NCBI GenBank assembly: GCA_028534125.1
Contig: CM052816.1
Span: forward strand, 14,014,001 to 14,078,000
Direction of reading: 5' to 3'
DNA from: Lama glama
Lineage: Eukaryota
Length of the DNA: 64,000 nt
The notes beneath the pieces were generated by a model. That model worked only from the letters and a program-made list of their open reading frames with translations. It made no database searches and had not been told where the DNA came from. Both the position numbers and the translations under genes were made by a program. The number at the start of each line of letters is the position of its first letter. Position 1 is the first letter of the stretch. Positions 36,726-48,335 of the stretch are shown piece by piece.

Positions 36726-37849
36726 AGCTGCTTAGAACAGGCCACCGAAGGAAATGCCTCTTTACGCCCACTCTAGCAAGAGACGGCCCAGGAAGTAGAA
36801 GTTGGTAGGGACTTAAGTGGAAACTGGTAAACTCATCTGTACCTCTGGGCCCCTCTGTATTCATCCACCACCCACAGGGCCTGAGACCAAGATTCCCATT
36901 TTGGCCTCAGATGCTAATTTTGGTCCCACTGGTCAGTTCTAACCTGGGTGTGGTGGTTGTGTGGGTGGGGACCACCGGGAAGTAGAGGAAGTGGGACTGG
37001 TGAATCAGGCAGGGGCCCAGCTTCAGTATGGCCTGACTCACCCGGGGCCATGGGAACGGGCACTTTGGGGCCGGTGGCGCCATCTCTGTGCAGCGCCCGG
37101 GCTGTGAGGGGCATCATTAGTGGTTGCAAATGCTTGCCCAGCTCTTCTCACAAGGTGGCCTCGGGGCCTGCCCACATGCCATCTGGGTAATTACGTCCTA
37201 TTTACCTTCCTGCAGATCCATATGAACTAGAACTTGACTTCCTGACTTAACCTCTGAGTGCTGCCCTGAGTGACACAGGGAGTTGGGCCTTAAAGATGGT
37301 ACTTGTTTCCAAACCTACTCAGCCCCCTTCCCTCACCACTCCGTGCTGGAGGAGTCAGCAGACTTAGAGGGAGGGTCTCTGACCATCTCCTCATCGTGTG
37401 TGGCAGCCGCAACGCTCTTCTTCCAGAGACATGCAGACAGCCTTTACCATCAGTGTAGACACTGTTTCCCTATCTACGTCTAGTAACTCTGCTTCTTTAC
37501 TTCGAAGAAACAACCCTCCTTTACTTTGCAGTCAATGTGGTTCTGGTGGTATCAAGTTTACCCTCAGCGCCAGCCTGGCTCATCAGAATATCTGGGTCCC
37601 TTGACCAGAGTGACTGGTTCAACAATGGATATGTGACCCAGAAACAGTCCACGAGACTCAGTTCTGAGAGTTTTGCAGAACTCGAAGAAGAGGGAACCAT
37701 TCTCTGGTGAGGTTCCTGAGAGCAGAGAATATAGGCCAAAAGTGATGGCAGCTTTTTTCCTTTGAGATGACCCTTATGTGCCAAGAACTGCCTTAAGCGT
37801 CTTTGTTTAATTCCCACATCAATCCCACGAGTTGTAAGTTCTATTCTAC

Positions 37850-38110
37850 GAGGTGGTATGGTATGGAGATCAAAAGCACTGACTCTGAAACCAGACCACC
37901 TGCATTTCACACCTGGCCCCATTATTTACTAGTCTTTCACAGGCTAGTTATTTAAACTCTCTGGACCTCAGTTTTCTCATCCATAAAATGAAGCTAGTAA
38001 CAGCACCAACCTCATAAGCTGTGAAGGTCAGTAAATGTATTTATGTAGAGTACTTGGAAGAACACCAGGCACACAGCAAGCGTTCAATAAATTTTAGCTA
38101 CCACTGACAT
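37850..38110 (+). mobile_element. MIR SINE (near full length)
   Basis: GACTCTGAAACCAGAC..CCTCAGTTTTCTCATCCATAAAATG..GGCACACAGCAAGCGTTCAATAAATTTTAGCTA. Confidence 0.8.
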
Positions 38111-38395
38111 CACCGCCATCATCATCATCTCCAATTTAAACTGAGGCACAGAAATGTTAAGAAACATATCTAAGTTTGTACAACTAGTAAGCGAGGGCCT
38201 GGGGATTTGAATCAAGGCTGCTGCTGGCTTGAGAGACTGTGTTGTTAACCATAAAGCAATACTTCCTGTGCCCTGGAACCCCAGGACATCACCCTAGCCT
38301 GCTGAAGAGAGAGAGAGAACACACACAAAGCAGAGCTGAGAGGCGGAGAGGGTAAAACAGAGCCCTGAGGACACTGTCAGACCCCTTGAACCAAT

Positions 38396-38719
38396 TGTCT
38401 TAGTCTGTTTGGCTGCTAACACAAAAATGCCACAGACTAGGTGGCACAGAAACAATAAATTTCTCACAGCTCTGGAGGCCAAGATCAAGGCACTGGCAGA
38501 TTCAGAATCTGGTGATGGTCCTCTTATCACTGTGTTCTCACACAGTGGAAGGAACAAAAGAGCTTTCCGGGGTCTCTTCATGAGGGCACTAATCCCATTT
38601 ATGAGTGCTCCATCCTCGTTACTGAACCACCTCCCAAAGGCACCCACCTTCTAATACCATCACACTGGGTTGTTGTAACATGTGAATTTCACAGGGACAT
38701 AAACGTTCAGTCTATTGAA
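38396..38719 (-). mobile_element. MLT1A-type solo LTR
   Basis: TGTCTTAGTCTGTTTGGCTGCTA..TTTCTCACAGCTCTGGAGG..AGGGCACTAATCCCATT..CACCTCCCAAAGG. Confidence 0.8.
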
Positions 38720-39439
38720 GTCAAGCCAGAAGTTAAATCTCCTTTTGGAGTTTTCAAATATATTAACCAACAAAATTCCTCTACCTCAATCCAGTTTGAG
38801 CTGGGGTTATCTGTCCCTTGCAGTTGACATCCCTGCCAACTTGAGCAGAATAGCAATTCACATCTCATCCTCAAGACTGTCCTTGCATTCTGAGCCTGAA
38901 TGGTCCCAGAAGAACAGAAAACATCCTCATGAAAGGATCTACTCTACGGTTACCAAAAGGGAGCTTTCCATTTGACTGGTCATTCATTCATATTGTTCAA
39001 GCATCCACCATGGATGGCACTATCGTAGTTGCCAAACACTATGAGTGGACTGGGCATAAGGCATTTCAGCATCAAAATATCAGTGGTGTTCCCATGAGTA
39101 TATTAATTAGGTCTAACTCTAGCCTCAAGTGGAAACTCAGCTCTCCTATCTGTCAGAACGGAAGACTCTGGGGTTTCACGATCTCTGCCAGACCTTTCTG
39201 AGCTCTGCGTTTCCACTCCAAGAGCTGGGCCCTGGCCTGTCTTTAAATGGCAAAGGTAATGGGGAAAATCTCTGCACAGACTGGATTATTCAACGCCATC
39301 AAACCACATAAGCAGCGTTCAGTCTCCATCTCTGGACACAGTCTTCCCAGGTCAGAATATTCGCTTGAGGTCCAAACAGGAAATCTGGATGCAAAATGGG
39401 TGACTTAGAAGGCAAGGGTCAAAGCCCTCTAACCAGCAA

Positions 39440-39810
39440 GGTACATTGTTTCCCTCTTTGCGTCAGATCTGCACGCAGAGAACCCTCGAGGGCTGGAATT
39501 ACTTTTGATTTTTACATCACAAGCGTCATAGAAAATATACAATGAAAAACCCAGTGATTCCTTGGAGAGTTCATTGCTCTCCCCGTCTCCTTTGATTCCT
39601 CTGCCTCCTCTCCACATCCTTTGAACTTCTAAAAAGACACTTTGAAGGCATGTCATAAAGCAGTTTTTCATTCATGCTCTGCTCTTTGATGATCTTGCTG
39701 TTTGTCTGAACTGCAGCGTCCACAGGATGTCGGGCGGGCGAGCTGAAAGCCAATACTGATGAGGAAGGCCAAGCGGGGATGAGCCTGCACGGCGTTTGTC
39801 AATACAAAGA
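39440..39810. promoter_or_regulatory. Candidate enhancer with clustered TCF/LEF (HMG-box) motifs
   Basis: Five CTTTGWW motifs at 39590, 39619, 39640, 39684 and 39803 (reverse) in apparently unique sequence. Confidence 0.45.
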
Positions 39811-40544
39811 AAGGGGAAGGGAGGCCAGAGTGAGACCGGAGGGGCTCCTGCGGAATTTCTGGCCTCCCTGGCAGGTCCTATCCTTCAGCGTGGCCACTTG
39901 TGAGAGGCCAAGGGCGCTGGAGCCCGGCGACAGCTCACAGCCTGCAGAAGGTTTTGTTCAGACGCTTCTCTCCTGCTCTGGCCTCAAGCTGGAGAGCTCT
40001 CTGCTCGTCCCCAGACTGCACTAACCCACTTCCCATGGACGACAAGGATGACTGGCTTCAATTTTTCCCAACCTCTCTCATGTTCCTTAGGGAAAGATTC
40101 ATTCATTTCAATGCTAGCAAGACACCATGAGGCAGAAAGAGAAGAGAGCGTGCGAGTGAGCAGGGCCAGCAGGTCTGCAGACACACACCTCCTCTCACGG
40201 TGCGCAGTGACTAAATGGTAGAGAACTAACACTCTTTATATGTGACTCTCAAGAACCCTAAAGTACTCAGGAAACAGCCAGTGGCCCTCAAAATAGCAGC
40301 CCTGGCTCCCCTGGCCTGGGGATGGGTAACCACAGGCAAGGGGCAGACGAGAGCCTTCCGTGAGCCTGAGCGCTCTCAGAGCCAAAGGGGAAAGATTTAG
40401 TGAGTCTGGTTCATGCTAGTGAAGTGGCTGTGAGAGGGGCGGGGCGGAGGGCGGGGGGCAGATAGAACGCCTTCATCCAGCTGTCAGTACAAAACACATT
40501 AGAAGCCATCACTCCTGAGGCGTCCGGTGTCAGTGAGGAGGGTG

Positions 40545-40930
40545 AAGACCTCACTCACTCTCAAGTGTTTAGTGAGAGCCTACTAAACCCTGGGAGGACA
40601 AGAGTGAGCGAAACAGACAGGTCTCTGCCCCACTGGAGTGAAGGAGCTACTGAGAGGCCAGATGTTCAACAGTTCCACGCTTACATGCACAATTATAAAT
40701 TGAGACACATGCCTTGAAGGAAAAGTATAGGGTGTTACAAGAGCACTAACACCGTGACACCATTTGGACATGGGGGCCAGGCTACATGCAGATGTGGGAA
40801 GACCCAATCTAAAGGGGTGACATTTAAGCTCAGACTTGACAAGGAGAGGGAGCTGAGCCAGCAAAGGGAACAGTATGTTAGGCAGAGGGAATAGCATTTT
40901 ACGCAAAAGGACCAGCATATGAGAAGTTCT
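40545..40930 (-). mobile_element. L2 LINE 3' fragment
   Basis: CACTCACTCTCAAGTGTTTAGTGAGAGCCTACTA..AGACAGGTCTCTGCCC..GGTGACATTTAAGCTCAGACTTGA..GGCAGAGGGAATAGC. Confidence 0.65.
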
Positions 40931-43900
40931 GGTTGAAGGGGAGTCAGATGAGAAGAGGAGTCTACAATTAGCAGAAGACCAGCGAGGAGGGAAGATTCAA
41001 CCAACGTGTATTAAGCCCCACAACAAGCCAGGTGCTGTACCCAGTTCCAGGAACACAGCAGCAAACATAATCCACGAAGTCTCTGTCCCCCTGGGGTTTA
41101 CTTCCCAGATGCCACCTTGTCAGAAACCAGACTCCAGCAGAGCTGCCGGTAATTCGGGGGAAGGACAGGGTAACTACATACACTCAAGGGGTTTCTTGTC
41201 TGAGGGGCGCACAGTGTGAGCTGCTGCACTTAAAACAAGCAGCTCCTCTCCTTCCAGACCAGACCCTGAGCCAGACCAAGGTCACCCGTGGGGACCCATG
41301 GGAACATGGCAGGGGACAGGCCAACTCCATCAGACAAGGACATCATCCATCCCCCGTGCTGGCCACCCTGGCTGTGGTCTAGGGGTCTGGAATGATCCCC
41401 AGCTCCTCCATCAGCCAGTTCTAAGTTCTGAACATGGTTCTGGCACAAAGCGTGGTGGTTTACGGCCTGGGATTTTTAGGTCAAACATAACCGGCTTTTC
41501 CTCCCAGCTCTGCCACTTGCCAAGTGAGTCCAGAACTTTGCCCTCTCTGAGCTTCTCTTTCTTAGTCTACAAAAGAGGGTCAAAGGTCACGAGGACCTTG
41601 ACCCCAGGCTGGCTGGGAAGATTACCAGAGCGAGGGCACCTACAGCACCGAGCACGCCTCACAAGCACTCAGCATCAGCTGCTGTGACTCGGATGGCTGT
41701 GATAGACCCCGCTTCCCTGACCGGAGGCGCCGGGCTCCGTGTCCTTTCGTAAAGCCCAGAATTGCAACTCGAGCAATTAAGCGCACCGCACAGCCCTCTC
41801 CCCCTGATTCATGCATTGCCCGGGAAACCAAGGCAGAGTTCATCATCTAGCCCGGCATAACCCCAGGACTTCAAAGTCAGGAATGTTCGTTTCTGAGAAC
41901 AGTGAAGCAACCACAGGAAGCAGGCAGCCGAGGGAACAACGGGCTGAACGAGGCCCAGGGGAATGACTCGGAAACATCTTCCATTCAAAAAGACTTTGTG
42001 AATTTTCCATTGCCAATATTTAATATCGAATTGGGTTCTCTCTTCCGCCTGTGTCAGTGGAGTGCTCAAAATAATTTTAATATTAGCCTAAGCCAAGGAA
42101 AATTAGGAAGATAAATCTGCACCATTTCCTTCCCCTTCTCCCCCTCTCTCCCTGCCCACAACATGTCCCGAAGCCAAACTTCCGTGATTGGAAATCCTCA
42201 ACAGCTCGGCCGCACAGCCGTTAAGCAGCTGCTTTTAAGACAGACGACCTGGTTTCAGCGTTGGCCCTGCTACTCAGAAATTTTATGATTTTTAGACTAA
42301 TAACATATACTCTCTAAGCCTCGGTTTCTTCCTCTGTGAAATGGAGACAATAAGACTTCAGGTGGTGAGTCACTGAGCAGGCAGGAAGAGCTCCACAGGC
42401 AAATGTTAGCTGCCATTACTCCTGAGGTTCTAAGTCCCCCATGACCTAGGTCCCCCAGAGATGGCCCGGGGACAGCTGGGCCAGCAGGCGCCGAGCAGGC
42501 ACTAGCTGACCAAGGAGAAAAACATCTTTGGCTACAATGGGGTGGGAAGGCTTTGCGTCCTCCTTGAGAATGACAGGCTACACAGAAGGCAAGACCTGTG
42601 TGAAACTAAGAGAATCCACTGATGACACCGGGTCACCCCACACTGACACAGAGGGAGCTGCCTTCCTGTTTCCTGTCATTTCCAGTCTCCAGAGCAGAGC
42701 TGAGATCAGATTAAAATCTGACACTTTAGAGTATATCCAAGGACCTCTGCAGGGTTTTCTTTTCTTCCCTCCCTCCCACTTTCCTCTCCACAGTAAACAA
42801 TATGGTCTGACCTCATGGAACTTACACTCTAGGAGGGAAGATGGCAGACCATAAATCAAGCAGGGGAAACCCTATGAAGGAGATAAACTTCCCTCCACGC
42901 AGGAGGTGGACAGTGACTGGGGACAGGATCTCAGGGGCGATGGGAAGGGAAGGCCGCCGGGAGGCAGGGAAGCAGGGGCCCGAGGCTGCACCAGTAACCC
43001 CCTGCCAAAAAAGAGACTATTTTGTTAATTCTTTATTTTCAAGGCAAAACACAAGTCCAAGGAATAGGTGCTAGAGAATAAGCGAAAAGAGAAGTACGAG
43101 ACGGAGGGGCTTTCCATGTAGCCCTCCCTTCCCCCACCCCAGACCATGACCGGGTCACGGACCCCAGGAGGATCAAATTCACCTCCCACAGAGGGCCCGG
43201 AAGCATTAGCAGAAACACAGGTCTCCGGTTGTGCCAGAACCACCACTAGACTAGGAACAGTCAGAGCAGCCAGAATCAGTTACCGAGAGGGGCCCGGGCC
43301 GGGCAGCAGGCCAGCACGTCCGAGGTGTTCCCTCACCGAACCCTCCCAGCAGCGGGAACAGTAATGATCCCATCAGCATCCGCATCTCACTGACGGGGAG
43401 ACCCAAGCTCAGGGAGGTTAAGTGGCCCAGGGGAGCCCAGCTAATTGAAGGTGGGGCAGGGATGCTGCAAGGTCGGTACTATTATCAGGCCCATTTTACA
43501 GCTGAAGAAGTGAAGACCTGAAGAGGTCACATGACCTGTCCAATGCGGTACAGCCCAGACTGGGGAGAAGGAGACCTTCAAGCCACACAGATGACGCCAG
43601 CATCCACACACAGAACAGTCCTTCTCAACAGTGTGTGGGGAGCAGCAAGCCATCACGCTTCTCTGCAGCGGCAGGTGTATGAAAAGACACGAGGGGGCAT
43701 CTACACCCATTCAATGCACATGAAAGATGCACACACCAGCCAGGCCTGGTACTGCCTTCCCGGAGCTTCAGCCTAGTAAGAAAGCCAGAGACGGACAGCT
43801 TTACACAAAGTACCTGTGTCTACTCATGACTACTGGGATGCGACTCAAGGAAGAGTTTATGGTGTGATGGGTACAGATGAGGAATGCGTGACTAGAGAAA

Positions 43901-46900
43901 TCTGAGCCAGGCACATTTCTGGTTAGCTGAGTGAGAGAGGGGAGACCCACATCCCCAGGATCAGGACCTCAGGAAGAACGTGGCACATGTGAGGAAATGA
44001 AGAAAAGGTCAGGGAGAGGCTGGGGTGCATGGGGTGGCGGCAGAAGGAGATGAGTCTGGAGAGGCTGGCCACAGAGAAGATGGAGAACGGGATGGGAGGC
44101 CAGGTTGCGGGCAGCTCACGGGCCAGGCTAGGGAAGCCCCACCGACAGGGGTGGGGTAACTGGACATCGCACAAGCAGAGCTGCCCCTCGGGAAGGTAGT
44201 TTGGAGTCCGTTGCCAGGCAATTTGGGAGGAAGCAGGGCCGGGGGGGATGGAATCAATGAACACCATCCAGGGAAAAGGTAGCGAGTACCTAGAAGGGAT
44301 GGTGGCAGGCGGGAGGAAAGAGGAGGGAAGGAATTTGAGAGTCAGCAGAGAGAGGTGGGACAGGACCCGGACAATGCCTCAGGGTCAAAGGGGAAAGCAG
44401 GGCGCCACCTGGGGACTGGGGGCGGGGCTGTTTAAAAACCAGCAGGAAGACCCAGGGGCCATGTCAAACGCAGTCCGAGCACGCTGAAGGAAGGCCTGCT
44501 GGGGTGACCTGCACAGCTCCTGGGCTCTGCACAGGGCACCCGGATAGGCTCTAAGAAACGCCCCGATGGTCCCATTTCACACACTGTATAGCTAAGGCTC
44601 CACAAGATGGACTGACGGGGCCACGCGCACACCCGTGAGCAGGGCCTCCCCCGGCCATAGCCCGTCTCCTCCAGTCCCCCCGCAGCACTTCTTTGGGCTT
44701 AAATCCTTCTCTCATCTGCACCCATCTGCTTGTGCTCTGACATCCAAAGCAATGAAGACTTCCTGATGGCCCACCTCGCACTGGTCCAGGGACTGCTAAC
44801 TCTTGGGCAAAAAAGTAATTCACATTCACAGTAGGGCTCATCCGACCTACACAGAATTTTTCAAAACACGGGTTCATCATCAACATTTAAAAATCAGCAA
44901 ATTTTACATCTGACTCCAGGTGTCTAGCTCTGTTGAAAACCCAGATTATCTGGTGACACTGGGTCCACGTTTGCATGAAGCGACACATGTCTTGGGTTGA
45001 GAGGCTGCTTGCCTTCCTGAGCAGCCACAGAGTTTCTGGTTCACTGTCGTCTCCACCCCAAAATCCTAACAACCAGAACAGAAACTAAGCTGTGTGACCA
45101 CCTAAGAAGCCTATTCCTTTAAAATTAGCAGTCTTTTTTATCTTTGGGTTAAAAGGGAGTGGTGGGGAGTGGGGCTAACTAGAGAGTAAAGCCTTCAGCT
45201 ACTGGAGAGTGCCACCCGCCTAGTCTTCGTAGATGTTTGAGTCCCTGACCTCTGACTTGATCCTTTATTTTTATTGGGAGGTTAAGGAGAAAGGCTACTT
45301 GGGTACTCATACTTGCACCCCAGTTTGGGAGCACCAAGGAACAGTCTCTTCCTCCATCTTGCAACCACCTCATCTTCACCCAGCTCCTGAGTCATTCACC
45401 CACTGCCACGCAGATTCTAGGTTTTCATTCAAAAGGCTGTCCAGCAGGACATCCCAGGCAAGTGGGGACAAGGAGGTGTTTTTGCCCAGCACCGAGTGGG
45501 AATAAATACCATCCAAGCGAAATAAGGGCTCATGCTGAGGCTGGCTCAGGTCTTCAGTAAGACAGGACATTCAGAGCAGTGCCCTCACAAAGGAGGCAAG
45601 GAGGGAAAACACTTCTCATGCAGAGCTCCCTCTCCCTAGCCAAGACTCGGCATGGAACAGAAAAATGCAGCACACCCTTGGCTCCTAGATAGAAAATTCC
45701 AAGATTGGTGATGGGAGCTTAGATACAGCAAGTAGGGGGAACAGGGGGTCACTGAAGTGAAGAGGGAGGCGCCTTGAGGCCTGCTCTGAAGGTAAAACAG
45801 TGGCTATTATTTCAGGTGTCCTGGTTTCTTGCTGTTTAGAAGGACAGGAAATGCCTAGTATCTCCAAACACTCTCTCATGCTCAGCATTCCAGCTTTCTC
45901 TCATTTTCATCTTACTGGATGCTCTGAAGTCCAGAGGATGTGTCAACAGCAGACCAGCTTGGGCCCGCGGCGGGAACGGCTGCCTTCCAGCCTTTGCGAG
46001 CCGCCCACAAGCACACATTTCCCAAGCTCTGATCTGTACCTAGCAGTTCTCTGGAGAACCCGACCGCTGAAGGGTTAAGCACAGGGTATACTGGGATGAT
46101 ATGAGGAGCAACTGCAGACTTGCTCCTGCCCCTCACAGAGTTTACAACCAAGCAGGGAGACAAACGGTAATCAAGTGATCCCATACCTCCATGCACACAT
46201 TATTCAAAACAGAACTATGCGCTCTGAAGGAAAGAGTGTGTGACAAGGTGATCAGGCATGGTCAGGGGGGTCAGGGTGGTCAGGGAAGGACGCCTTCTCG
46301 GGCAGCATTTGGTGGATCAAAGGAACGGGGCAGGAAAAGCATCCTAGCAGAGGGAACAGCCGATGCCCAGAAAGAGGCGGAAACGCCACTGTGCCTGCTA
46401 TTCTGCTTCCTCTTTAGTTTCCGTTTGGCTCCAGTGTGGTCGACTTGGAGGACCTGAAGCAAAGGTGGGTGGGCTCTGGCAAGAGGCTGGGGTAAGAGCA
46501 GGTGGGAGGCAGGAGCTCCACAGCCAGAGGAAGCAGGATTCCCCCAGAGACACCAGCCCCCTACCAGATGAGAAGCTGCCTGGGAGACAACGGGGCCACT
46601 GGGTTGTTTATGGAGTGTAACAGTGTCAGCTCTGCTCAGCGACAAACTGAAGACAAGATGAGGAAATAAGACATGTCCCCACCAACCTCTCCAGAAGGCC
46701 AAGTCCATGCCTCAGACATTACTCAGGTCTAATTTCAACTATGAAAGTAACTCAGAATTTATAAATCATCTTCTGCAGTACCTCTCAGTTCTCGCCAACA
46801 AGGCCTTGAATGTAGAGCCATCTTCAATTTGTGGAAGAGACTTCATTTCAACCTGGCAACCTCCCGCAGAGGTGCTTCCAACAGCAGCAGCCGGTGATGT

Positions 46901-47164
46901 TTAGACAGTCTGCCTCAGCTCACGAAGTGCCCCAGTTACCAACTCTCCAAGGGCTCCCACTGCATCTAAAATGAGGTCAAAAAGTCACTCTGTGATCTGG
47001 CCCTTACCCACGGCATCAGTCCTCCTCAGACCTCCTGCCCCCTGCTCACCATTCTGCAGTCAAAATGCCCTTTCTCACTTATTTTCTGAAGGGAAGAAAA
47101 TAAATGGGAAGTCTCTCCAGGAATCTCATTCTGCATTAATATGTTTTTAAGGTATGTGATCCTT

Positions 47165-47297
47165 CACGTCGACAGATACGAATTAAACCTATTGTGGTAA
47201 TCATTTCACAATACATGTAAAGCAAATCATCATGCTGCACACTTTAAACTTACACAATGATGTATGTCAATTATTTCTCAGAAAAATTAGGGGAAAA
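47165..47297 (+). mobile_element. Short L1 (L1MC-type) 3' terminal fragment
   Basis: ATTGTGGTAATCATTTCACAATA..TTAAACTTACACAATGATGTATGTCAATTATTTCTCA. Confidence 0.7.
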
Positions 47298-47320
47298 ATA
47301 TGTATGCAAAGGGGGAGGCA

Positions 47321-47440
47321 GGGGGAATAGCTCAAAGGTAGAGTGCATGCTTAGCATGCACAAGGTCCTACATTCAATCCCCAGTACCTCCGTTAAATTA
47401 AAAAAAAAGTACGTAAAATAAACAAACAAACAATAAACAC
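47321..47440 (+). mobile_element. tRNA-derived SINE (Vic-1-like, diverged)
   Basis: TAGCTCAAAGGTAGAGTGCATGCTTAGCATGCACAAGGTCC..TTCAATCCCCAGTACCTCC plus A tail; homologous to the copies at 20982 and 54314. Confidence 0.85.
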
Positions 47441-47879
47441 CCTTTCTCTCAGTTCCTCAACCAAGTCAAACGCTCCCCAGCTTCCAGGCCTTTGCACGTG
47501 CTGTTCCCTCTACCAGGAATGCAGTCACCACCTGCCTCCTGTTGGCACTTCCTTATCCCTAGGGTCTCAGCTCAAACATCACCAGCTCAGAGAGGCCTTC
47601 CTTAGTCACGTCACCAGAAGTAACATTCTTCCCACTGTCTTATCTCAGGCCTGTTGTCTTTTTTTTCAGATTCAAGTCCAACCAGGAATTCTCTCCACTC
47701 CTTCCAAGCATTTTTCACTGTCAATTGCTGGTGAGCTTTGAAAGGACAAAGACCACACTGGGCCTGATGTCTGCGTTTTCCTACTACCCGGACAGTGCCC
47801 GGCACACAGGGGCTGTTCAACCACTGCAAACTGCGACCCGAACACACTGTGGACTCTGCAGAGTGACCGTCCTGGACAC

Positions 47880-48335
47880 CTCCAAAATGCCCACACAGGA
47901 AAGAAACCAGAAACAGGGCTGATCATTCTTGATCAGACAACACCAGAAAGACAGGACAACTGAATGCAACATGTCCTTGATTACACTTGATCAGAAATAA
48001 AATTTTTAACAATAAATAAAGGACAAGACTGAGACTGTAAGAGAATTTTTAACACAGGCTGTACATTAGAGTATTGTATCAATGTTAAATTCTCCAAGTT
48101 TGGTAATTCCACCATTGTTAGCAAGGAGCATCCAAAGATGCAGGCTGAAACACTGTAGGAGGGAAGTGCCATGATATAGCTGCAACTTACTTTCAAATCG
48201 TTCAGCAAAAATAAATACATACGTGCTTGTCGTTCAGCAAAAATATATTTATGCCTGTCTACACACACCTACATACTGCATTGTTCTACTCTTGCAATTT
48301 TTCTATAGATTTTTGGTTTTTTAAAGTAAAAAACT
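47880..48335 (+). mobile_element. Old L1MC-like 3' UTR fragment
   Basis: ACAACTGAATGCAACATG, GTATTGTATCAATGTTAAATT, CTGCAACTTACTTTCAAAT, TCTTGCAATTTTCT. Confidence 0.6.

Larger units (their letters stand above)
37490..38825 (+). mobile_element. MLT1K-like LTR fragments interrupted by MIR and MLT1A
   Basis: 5' part 37490-37765 (TGACTGGTTCAA..ATGTGACCCA), middle 38290-38395 and 3' part 38720-38825 (CCAGTTTGAGCTGGG..CTGTCCCTTGCA). Confidence 0.5.

Noticed and set aside
48198..48245. 16-bp direct repeat TCGTTCAGCAAAAATA, period 32
   Set aside because: Only two copies inside an L1 relic; a slippage duplication, not an array or CRISPR.
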